Assembly (NCBI RefSeq): GCF_006345805.1
Contig: NW_021832311.1
Location: 1-31,351 of the forward strand
Direction: 5' to 3'
DNA from: Octopus sinensis
Lineage: Eukaryota
DNA length: 31,351 bases
Part shown: piece after piece, positions 13,092-21,865 of the stretch
How positions within the stretch are numbered: the stretch's first letter is position 1
How the letters are laid out: the number at the start of each line of letters is the position of its first letter
Notes under the pieces: generated by a model
What the model saw: the letters and a program-made list of their open reading frames with translations, nothing else
Database searches by the model: none
Told to the model about the DNA's origin: nothing
Translations under genes and position numbers: made by a program

Positions 13092-13499
13092 AAATTAAAA
13101 GAAGGGAAAATACGCACACTTACATAGTTTTAATATAATTTTTAATATATCGACCGGTTTCGCTATCACTATTCATGATATTATGTTTTGAATATATATT
13201 TTTTCTTAAGAAATTTGGTCCATGTTGTGTGTGATGAAATTCACGAGTGAATGACTTCACTAGTAGATAAATAAAGGGAGGTAACTGGTTGTCATTATTG
13301 TTATATATATATATACATATATATAAGCCCTTCTCAATCTATTGATTCTCTCCGCAGATCGATAAAAGCAATCAGAAGAAAGTAATGAGACTAAATGTTA
13401 GAAAACCTTTATTGCAACACTAACACCACTGCTCCCGCTAAATATTAAATGCTTTATTCACACCAACTAAACAAACAGGTTCTACAGAGTATTGTGACG

Positions 13500-13580
13500 T
13501 TCACAACACAATATGGACAGCTGGCAGAGGCGCTTGAACACTATAATGAGGTGTAAGTGGCATTGCTATGACGTCAGGTG
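13500..13580. promoter_or_regulatory. Second E-box/CRE module in intron 1
   Basis: CAGCTG at 13518..13523 and TGACGTCA at 13569..13576. Confidence 0.35.
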
Positions 13581-13782
13581 AGACGTTTTTACGATATCTG
13601 TTCTGGAGTAGTACATTCCGAGTTCAAAATCTGCCGAGGGCACCATATCAGTGTAGTGTACGAGACTGAGATTTTTAAAAGGTTAAGCTTTAAATAATTG
13701 AGTTAAGGACAATTTCAAAGGCACGAACTACAATAGATCATTATTATTATTATTATTATTATTATGGTGATGATGATGCTTT

Positions 13783-13976
13783 CTCTTATGGGCACAAGGA
13801 TTGAAATTTCGGCGGAGTAGGTCGATTACAGCGACCTCAGTACTCAACTGGTACTTATTTCATCGACCCCGAAAAGATAAATTTGAACTTGGCAGAATTT
13901 GAACGGAGACCGTAAAGAGCCGGAAGAAACGTCACTGAACATTTTATCCGACGCGCTAACCATTCTACCGCCTTAA
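13783..13976 (-). mobile_element. SINE family B, diverged tail-1 copy
   Basis: Degenerate body and head, flanked by (TTA)n and (GAT)n. Confidence 0.7.
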
Positions 13977-14082
13977 TGATGATGATACTGATGATGATGA
14001 TGATGATGAAGGCATTCAAAGAGTCCTGCTAAAGCTACAATGTTAAAGAATTTATTTTTGTTGTTGATTATTTCTTACATTT

Positions 14083-14297
14083 AAGGCGGCGAGCTGGCAG
14101 AAACGTTAGCACGCCGGACGAAATGCTTAGCGATATTTCGTCTGTCTTTACGTTCTGAGTTCAAATCCCACCGAAGTCGACTTTACCTTTCATCCTTTCT
14201 GGGTCGATAAATTAGGTACCAGTTGCGTACTGGGGTCGGTCTAATCGACTAGCCCCCTCCCTAAAAACTTCGGGCCTTGTGTCTAGAGTAGAAAAGG
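14083..14297 (+). mobile_element. SINE family B monomer, tail-1
   Basis: Full head AAGGCGGCGAGCTGGCAG and 15-bp TSD TTATTT(C/T)TTACATTT (14068..14082, 14298..14312). Confidence 0.9.
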
Positions 14298-14567
14298 TTA
14301 TTTTTTACATTTGATGCAAAATTAAAAAAATTGAAATCAACTATTTATTAATTAACGTTGCATGTACTTTTATCATTTCTTAATTAGCACAGCATGTACT
14401 TTTGTATTTCGTTAATTAATGCGGTGTGCCCTTTTCTTAATTAATGCAGCGTATCCTTTTTGTCACTTATAAAATCAGTTCCAACCTTGATAACATTGCG
14501 ACTAAATTTAATCTAAGGGTTCCAAGTTAATCAGAAAATACTTTGCTCACTTGAGGTCTTAGCTTTC

Positions 14568-14745
14568 CTTTTAGTTTCAGTCACTGGACTTCAGCCATGC
14601 TGGAGCACCGCCTTGTAGGGTATAGTCGAACAAATCGACCCCAGAATTTATTTTTGTAAAGTCCGGTACTTATTCTAACGGTCTCTTTACCGAACTGCTA
14701 AGTTACGGGGACGCAAACAAACATCGATCAAGCAATAGGGCAATA
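14568..14745 (-). mobile_element. SINE family A 3' half
   Basis: CATGCTGGAGCACCGCCTT...TAGTCGAACAAATCGACCCC...AAGTTACGGGGACG. Confidence 0.75.
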
Positions 14746-14766
14746 GGGAAGAACAAGACATTTTTT

Positions 14767-15033
14767 GTGGTTGTATGGTAAGAAGCTTGCTTTCTAACCC
14801 CATGGTTCCGGGTGCGCGGCACCTTGGGCAAGTGTCTTCTACTATTGCCTCGAGCCGACCAAAGCCGTGAGAGTGGATTTGGTAGACGGAAACTGAAAGA
14901 AGCCCGATGTTTGTGTGTTTATGTCCTCGTAACTTAGCGGTTTAGCAAAAGAAACCGATAAAGTACTGGGGTCGATTTGTTCGACTAAAGGCGGTGCTCC
15001 AGTATGGCCGTAGTCAAATGACAAGTAAAAGAT
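14767..15033 (+). mobile_element. SINE family A with internal deletions
   Basis: Head, CCTTGGGCAAGTG segment and tail present. Confidence 0.85.
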
Positions 15034-15040
15034 ATAAACA

Positions 15041-15060
15041 CGCGCGCGCGCGCGCGCGCG
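15041..15060. repeat. Perfect (CG)10 run
   Basis: Direct reading. Confidence 0.95.
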
Positions 15061-15084
15061 ACGAACTTCCACTTTCCTTTTACC

Positions 15085-15195
15085 AAATTCGCTAAAAAGG
15101 CATTGATCGGCCCGTGGATCCAATCCACATTTGCCCAAGGTGCCGCGAACTGGAAGCGAAGTGATTGCAAAGCGAGCTTCTTAACTACACAGCCG
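15085..15195 (-). mobile_element. SINE family A head fragment
   Basis: TTGCCCAAGGTGCCGCG...GCAAAGCGAGCTTCTTAACTACACAGCC. Confidence 0.6.
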
Positions 15196-15356
15196 AAGGT
15201 ATTTAGAAACCTCTTTTCTTATCAATAGTAAATAGAATAAAACCGAAGTCATTCTGTAATAGTGTTCCTATTAGTGTAATAGTGTGCCAAATTATGCAAT
15301 ATTGAATCTTGTATAAAATTTTCCTGAGTTCTACTGCAGGTAAAGAAAAAAAAATA

Positions 15357-15508
15357 GTGGCTGTGTGGTAAGTAGCTTGCTAACCAACCACATGGTTCCG
15401 GGTTCAGTCCCACTGCGTGGCATCTTGGGCAAGTGTCTTCTGCTATAGTCCCGGGCCGACCAATGCCTTGTGAGTGGATTTGTTAGACGGAAACTGAAAG
15501 AAGCCTGT

Positions 15509-15557
<49 letters not shown>

Positions 15558-15768
15558 GTGTGTGTTTGTGTGTGTCCCCCTAGCATTGCTTGACAACCGA
15601 TGCTGGTGTGTTTACGTCCCCGTCACTTAGCGGTTCGGCAAAAAGAGACCGATAGAATAAGTACTGGGCTTACAAAAGAATAAGTCTCGGGGTCGATTTG
15701 ATCGACTAAAGGCGGTGCTCCAGCATGGCCGCAGTCAAATGACTGAAACAAATAAAAGAGTAAAAGAG
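15357..15768 (+). mobile_element. SINE family A, full length
   Basis: Near-consensus copy with internal (TA)n(TG)n and a duplicated TAAAAGAG tail. Confidence 0.92.
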
Positions 15769-16830
15769 TAATCCGGCGACTTTTAAGCTTCGTGAAAAAG
15801 AAAAAAAAAAACACCAACTACAAAGTGAAACTTCTCATTAACCCGGTTTAACGGAAACTCAACCGAGTTAGAGAGAGAATAGTTAACTAGGAGAGCCGAA
15901 CTATACAAAATATTAATTGCCCGTGACAAATTTTTAATTGCCTCTTTTCTCATCGCCGCGCTCCTCGATTTTCCCGCCTTAGACGTCATGTACTAAAGTT
16001 ACGCTAAACCAGTCGACCCAACGTGGGCGTTGCTACATGGTCGCTTGATCTGCTAGAAATAGCAAATGAATCTACCGCAAATTCCACCTTGCAGTCAAGT
16101 TGTACAGATAGAGTTTGTACCGTTAAAGGTAGCCCTCAAATGAACCTAATGGGCATCACCAGAGCTCGCTCAGGAAATGCCCTCTTCGTCCTTTTTTTAG
16201 TAATGCAAATGCCTACAAGTAATCGAAAACATTTGGTAATGTTGTCCAAGGTAGACTATTGCAGGAAATAAAAATAAAAGGATACGGGATGATCTTTGAC
16301 CCTAGGTTTCCTTTTTCTGGTTAGACGAGGATGGTGGATAAACAACAATGTTTATTACCGTTAAATTAATTACAAGATATTGGGTGGGACGTGTAGAAAG
16401 TCTGATTATTGCTTATTTTAAATGACAAACCACAAAGAAACAATTTGCGCTCAATAGAATTAGGAAAATGTTATATTCAGCTCAAATTTTAAAATAAAAA
16501 GACAAATCTATGATAAAACTTAATCCAGAGTCATTGTTTAGAAAAAAATCTGTTTCGGTGTCTTTTTTGAAATCGTCAACAGAAAGTTTATCTGACGGAG
16601 TCGTAAATGGTGAAAAATACATAATACTTTTAGATGAAAAATAAAAATAAACTAAAGTGCAACCAAGAAATAAATCAATTGAAAAGACATTAAAAAGAAT
16701 ATAAATTCTTATAGATTAAGCTTAAGGGAAATTTGAGAATTTGGTAGATGGGTTTAAATTCCGCAGAATTGTTCATTGTTCGTCGCTGTTTATCCCTATG
16801 ACAGTCCTTATAGAGTAGGCCTATGGTTAA

Positions 16831-17141
16831 AGGTATTCCAGTCGCAATCATCGGGGTTTCGGGAATGGTAAGGGGAAGGGGTAGCATCCTGTTAAATTTC
16901 CTCCAACCACTTTCTTTTTTTTTAATGTAGTTTTGCATTTGAGGACTTAAATTGCATTAATTTTTTTCCCCACCGAGAAATTAGTTTTTTCATCGATTAA
17001 AAAAAAATTAATGCAAAACTACATTAAAAAAAAAAATTCTGAAAATTTGTAAAACTTCAAGTGGTTGGATGAAATTTAGCAAGATGCTACCCCCTACCCC
17101 CAAACATCCCCGACATCCCGCCGATTGCGACTGGAATACCT
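16831..17141. mobile_element. Kolobok-like foldback MITE (311 bp)
   Basis: TTAA TSD (16827..16830, 17142..17145), termini AGGTATTCCAGTCGCAATC...GATTGCGACTGGAATACCT, imperfect inverted arms of ~110-135 bp. TTAA plus 5'-RR termini is the Kolobok pattern. Confidence 0.7.
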
Positions 17142-17696
17142 TTAACCAGAATCAAGAAGAAGTTACAAGTATTTAAAGTTATGTAATCTTAATCAATCGG
17201 AAAATTTGAGAAAATCTGAAATACATCAAGTGGTTGGGAGAACTTGAACAACATTCGACGCTACACCTAGAACCAACTACATTACCCAAGGTGTCCATAG
17301 AATTTTAGGGCAGAAGAACTGGAGAAATATTTGGCTGTTATTTTTAGCAAATCAAATGAGCGGGCTATTGGTTAGATCGCAATAACAGAAACGTCACTGT
17401 AGAAGTTTTGTGTTTTAGTTGCCAATACTGTCCACTCTCGCTGTTACATTCAATTGAGAAAACGCTTGTTCATTCAGAATTTCATTTGCAAAAACATTCA
17501 AAATATTTTCTTACTGCCTTTGTAATTTTCATGAGTAAAGCAGGTCTATTAATTACCGAAGTACATATCTTAATTAGCTAATTATTTCAGATGTTGGCCT
17601 TCTCCTTCGATTTTTTTTTTACCCGGTATTTTAGTGAAGGTATGAATTTCATTAAAAAAAAAAATAATAAATCACCGCTAATGAAGTATTTGAACG

Positions 17697-18060
17697 CCGA
17701 GGTCGACTTTGCCTTATCCTTTCGGGGTCGATGAATTAAATACCTATTTCTTTACTACCCACAAGGGGCTAAACACAGAGAGGACAAACAAGGACAGACA
17801 AACGGATTGAGTCGATTACATCGATTCCAGTGCGTAACTGGTACTTAATTTATCGACCCCGAAAGGATGAAAGGCAAAGTCGACCTCGGGGGAATTTGAA
17901 CTCAGAGAGTAGCGGCAGACGAAATACTGCTAAGCATTTCGCCCGGCGTGCTAACGTTTCTGCCAGCCCGCACTGGGGGGTCGATATAATCGACTTAATC
18001 CCTTTGTCTGTCCTTGTTTGTCCCCTCTGTGTTTAGCCCCTTGTGGGCAATAAAGAAATA
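17697..18060. mobile_element. SINE B (minus, 17745..17967) nested inside a 5'-truncated SINE B (plus)
   Basis: Host body 17697..17744 resumes at ~17969. The inner copy is inverted. Confidence 0.85.
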
Positions 18061-18266
18061 AGTATTATTGATATTCGGTTATCATTTGTAATAAGTAATT
18101 AAATTCCACCTTTCGTACACTCACTGAAAAGGGGGAAACTCTACCTTTTCATGGGGGTCCCAGAAACGGAAAAAAAAAAGTGTGGTGGGGAGGCCGAAAT
18201 ATTGCGAATTATTAAAAACTCAAAATCGGAGAAAATATATTAAGCAAATAAATAAATAAAACTTAC

Positions 18267-18317
18267 TTTGGCTTGTACATCAGCGCTTATTCCACATTTT
18301 TTGGCACGGTTATTCAT
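18267..18317 (-). CDS. Coding exon 1 (MNNRAKKCGISADVQAK)
   Basis: ATG at 18317 preceded by AAAA. N-terminus resembles the NRA.KSG..AE.QAK motif of invertebrate myophilin/transgelin-like proteins. Donor AAA|GTAAGT. Confidence 0.9.
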
Positions 18318-18431
18318 TTTTAATAAATGCTTAAGTTCCAAACGAATTTAAAGTTACAAAAAGATTTCCTTTCTGTTTATTATTATTATTCAAATGAATG
18401 AAAATCCACGGTGACTGCAGACGTCGTCTGT

Positions 18432-18465
18432 AACTGAGGCGAGCTGCGCTTTCTTTTTATTTATA
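18432..18465 (-). promoter_or_regulatory. Core promoter: TATAAATA (18465..18458) and Inr TCAGTT (predicted +1 A at 18435)
   Basis: First T of TATA is exactly 30 nt upstream of the A of a perfect TCAGTT initiator, 118 nt upstream of the ATG. Confidence 0.8.
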
Positions 18466-18485
18466 ATCAAACACCAGCTACTGAC

Positions 18486-18507
18486 TGACTCACAATTTGT
18501 TCACGTG
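18486..18507. promoter_or_regulatory. Proximal AP-1 site (TGACTCA 18486..18492) and E-box (CACGTG 18502..18507)
   Basis: Exact motifs 20-40 nt upstream of the TATA box. Confidence 0.45.
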
Positions 18508-18761
18508 ATCAGCAAGTAGAAAGGAAGGAGGGAGGGAGAGAGAGAGAGAGAGAAAGAGAAGGGTGAGTCGGCGGAGATGGTGGGGGTGGGGGTGGACAGA
18601 GGAAGAATTGCGCCCACATTTTAAACTGAAATAACAAATAATAAAAACGAGTTTGTTTCCTTAACTGGTTAAAATAGAAGTGGTTGAGGATGAACTGATT
18701 GTGGAAGTGGCTTTCCTCACATTCTGGGCGTCGAAAAAAATTACTGTCATTTCATTTTGAA

Positions 18762-18762
18762 T

Positions 18763-18818
<56 letters not shown>

Positions 18819-18895
18819 CTTTCTCTATCTCTCTCTATCTCTATCTCTATCTCTTTCTTTCTTTCTTTCTTTCTTTCTTTCACACACACACACAA
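18762..18895. repeat. (CT)n/(CTTT)n/(CA)n tract upstream of the promoter
   Basis: Direct reading. Other (GA)n/(CT)n tracts lie at ~18531..18560 and 8282..8326. Confidence 0.9.
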
Positions 18896-18918
18896 ACAGA
18901 AGAAAATACTTGACCTGC

Positions 18919-18928
18919 CCATATAAGG
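18919..18928. promoter_or_regulatory. CArG box CCATATAAGG (candidate SRF site)
   Basis: Perfect CC(A/T)6GG ~490 nt upstream of the predicted TSS of a muscle-type gene. Confidence 0.45.
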
Positions 18929-19282
18929 ACGGATATTTATAGCACTAAATGGGTCGAAAATACGCGAATTTCAGTAGCTTATCAGTTGATTATTCAATAC
19001 TTTACCTTTTTGGAATTAAATAGTTAACGATTCCCTATATGGCTTGTGCCAGTTCAGTTATAGATTACAAGAGAAATGCTCTGTTAATAGAGTCTTCATT
19101 TAAAGAAACAAATCTCTAAATAATCTTTTTTCTTTAAACCAGACGCATGAACACTATCTTCCGTTATATTTTTTAATTTCCTTCAAGTTTTCCACTATCC
19201 CAAATAGTTCGCAAACATGTATTTTACAAGTTTGCTTATCACTTAACTTAGTGAAACGTTATTTACAAAATGTATTGAAATA

Positions 19283-19668
19283 GGCGCAGGCGTGGCTGTG
19301 TGGTAAGTAGCTTGCTTACCAACCACATGGTTCCGGGTTCAGTCCCACTGCGTGGCTCCTTGGGCAAGTGTCTTCTACTATAGCCTCGGGCCGACCAAAG
19401 CCTTATGAGTGGATTTGGTAGACGGAAACTGAAAGAAGCCCGTCGTATATATGTATATATATATATATATGTATGCGTGTCTATGTTTGTGTGTCTGTGT
19501 GTGTCCCCTCTGTGTGTCCCCGTCACTTAGCGGTTCGGCAAAAAGAGACCGATAGAATAAGTACTGGGCTTACAAAAGAATAAGTGCCGGGGTCGAGTTG
19601 CTCGATTAAAGGCGGTGCTCCAGCATGGCCGCAGTCAAATGACTGAAACAAGTAAAAGAGTAAAAGAG
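19283..19668 (+). mobile_element. SINE family A, full head, internal deletion after the microsatellite
   Basis: GGCGCAGGCGTGGCTGTGTGG head and (TAAAAGAG)2 tail. Confidence 0.92.
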
Positions 19669-19904
19669 TAAATAGTTGCATTTTAAAGTTTGAAAATAAA
19701 AAAAAAACAAAAAGGTAAGAAGAGAGAGAACAGGAGCAGGAATGTTTAACAGGTTGTATAACAACATCTAAATATCGAGCCATTACGTGTTGTGTCTTTC
19801 ACTTAAACATGTTGTTGCATCTCAAGTAGTTTACTAAGTGTCTTGAGTTTTCTGTTGTAATTCCATTCACGTCTATCATACTCTATACGAATAATATTAG
19901 CTTC

Positions 19905-20630
19905 AAATTTTAGTAACAAAGCCAGTAAATTCGGCGGAGGGGATAGGTCGATTACATCGACCCGACCACCATCACCACCACCACTGCTCGAATGGTTCTT
20001 ATTTTATCGACCCCGAAAGGATGAAAAGTAAAGTCGACCTCGGCGGAAATTGAACTCAGAACGTAAAGACGGACGGGATCCTTTCGGTTTGAACGGCAGT
20101 TTGTAACATAATTTCTAGGTAACTAAAAAATTTTAAACTTCGTATACTGGTAGAATGTGTTTATAAAACATCTTTTTCTCTTGGCTTTATTGAGAAAATT
20201 CTATAGTTTGTAAGATATTTGTTGTTTTTTTCTTCAATTTCTGCAATTTCAACCAATCACTGACGTCTATTGAGGTAAAAAAAAAAAAACATTCTGTACC
20301 GTATGAATATGTCCCTCGTTTAAGAAACAGATTGGGTTTATTTATATTTGTGAAGAAAAAAAGATACCCTTCTCCCCACCTCTAACCCTAACCCTAAAAC
20401 AGATTGAAATGCAATAGATCGATACTAGGGTCATAATTATGGGTGACAATTTCATATGACACCGCTAGAAAAACTCCCGTTCAAACCGAAAAGATCCTTT
20501 TATCGACCCCGAAAGGATGAAAGGTAAAGTCGACCTCGGCGGAAATTGAACTCAGAACATAAAGACGGATGAAATGCCGCGAAGCATTTTGCCTCGTTTG
20601 TTAATGATTCTGATAACTCATCACCTTAAT
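19905..20630 (-). mobile_element. SINE family B interrupted by a TIR element
   Basis: Tail 19905..20075, head part 20498..20630, 74 bp duplicated. Confidence 0.8.
20076..20497. mobile_element. Unclassified 422-bp TIR element with subterminal (TAACCC)n
   Basis: ~27-bp TIRs GGATCCTTTCGGTTTGAACGGCAGTTT and AAAACTCCCGTTCAAACCGAAAAGATCC; TAACCCTAACCCTAA at ~20381..20396. Confidence 0.8.
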
Positions 20631-20715
20631 TAACTTTTAATTGATTTCAGTACTTTGTTGGTACTTTAGAAATACCTAATTGACTCCAGTACTCGGTGGG
20701 TGCAATTAATAATAT

Positions 20716-20895
20716 TCTTTTCTACTCAAGGCACAAGGCCCGAAATTTCTGGCGGGGAGAGGGCCAGTCGATTAGATCGACACCAGTATGCAACTGATAC
20801 TTAATTTATCGACCCGAAGCATGGAAGGCAAAGTCCACCTCGGTGGAATTTGAGCTCAGAACGTAAAGACTGACGAAATACCGCTAAGCATTTTA
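20716..20895 (-). mobile_element. SINE family B, tail-1, head truncated
   Basis: GGCACAAGGCCCGAAATTT...GTCGATTAGATCGAC...GAAATACCGCTAAGC. Confidence 0.8.
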
Positions 20896-21035
20896 ATTTC
20901 AATACTAGGCGAGTACAATTAATAATGTTAAATTGACTCCAGAATTTGATGTACTTTAACTGACCCAAATATTTGGGTGATACTTTAGGAATATTAGATC
21001 AACTCCAGTACTTAACAGGTACTTTAATAATATTA

Positions 21036-21620
21036 AAGGCGGCGAGCTCGTAGAAACGTTAGCACGCCGGGCGAAATGCTTAGCGATATTTCGTCTGTCT
21101 TTACGTTCTGAGTTCAAATTCCGCCGAGGTCGACTTTGCCTTTCATCCTTTCGGGGGTCGATTAAATAAGTACCAGTTACGCACTGGGGTCAATGTAATC
21201 GACTTAATCCATTTGTCTGTCCTTGTTTGTCCTCTCTGTATTTAGCTCCTTGTGGGCAGTAAAAAATAGGTATTTCGTCTGCCGTTACGTTCTGAGTTCA
21301 AATTCTGTCAAGGTCGACTTTGCCTTTCATCCTTTCGGGGTCGATTTAATAAGTACCAGTTACGCACTGGGATCGATATAATCGACTTAATCCGTTTGTC
21401 TGTCCTTGTTTGTCCCCTCTGTGTTTAGCCCCTTGTGGGTAGTAAAGAAATAGGTATTTCGTCTGCCGTTACGTTCAGAGTTCAAATTCCGCCGGGGTCG
21501 ACTTTGCCTTTCATCCTTTCGGGGTCGATAAATTAAGTACCCGTTGCATACTGGGGTCGATCTAATCGACTGCCACCCCATTCCCCAAAAATTTCGGGCC
21601 TTGTGTCTAGAGTAGAAAAG
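21036..21620 (+). mobile_element. SINE family B trimer
   Basis: One head, two tail-2 units (junctions at 21269 and 21453, 184-bp period), terminal tail-1, TSD TATTAAAG (21031..21038, 21623..21630). Confidence 0.9.
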
Positions 21621-21865
21621 ACTATTAAAGTGAGCTTAGGACCTGAAAGATGAACGACTAAGTTAGCACCGGTGGGAACTGAAATCAAAACATTGAGATC
21701 CGAAATATCACTAAGGATTTTACCCTTCGTTCTAACAATTCTACCGTTCCACCATCAAAATCATATTTCACAGAAATAGCAGGCTCTACGAAATGGTTGA
21801 GGTCACAAAAAATTTTAAAAACCCTCTGGAATCAATGAGAGGTTTTTAGACTCATTTTTTATCGT

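Larger units (their letters stand above)
4629..18317 (-). other. Myophilin/transgelin-like (calponin family) gene, 4 coding exons, 197 aa
   Basis: Manual splicing of four exons (51+152+214+177=594 nt) gives an open frame: MNNRAKKCGISADVQAK|VDSKYDEALASEGLQWIHDVLEKHGDPQEFDVSGNRANFESVLSDGYLLA(K)|LISVLNPG...QGLGRK|ARANGEIGFGPQESQANVRTFTEEQLNAGNSVISLQYGSNKGASQAGMSFGKSRKILD*. Introns are 9200, 1840 and 2055 bp, all GT-AG, with compatible phases (0,2,0). Confidence 0.95.

Noticed and set aside
14068-14312. SINE B mobilised by the local Dong-like LINE
   Set aside because: SINE-B 3' flanks are TATT-type on the sense strand whereas the LINE is followed by (AAT)n, and the 3' tails share no convincing similarity.
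15783-15989. ORF MTSKAGKSRSAA... as an alternative first exon
   Set aside because: No family similarity and no convincing in-frame donor. The exon at 18267..18317 fits the family and the promoter.
18403-18408. DPE downstream of the Inr
   Set aside because: The GGATT match is at +29, off the strict +28 spacing, and the promoter already has a TATA box.
21036-21620. CRISPR-like array
   Set aside because: Units are ~184-bp SINE bodies without unique spacers, there are no cas genes, and the context is eukaryotic.
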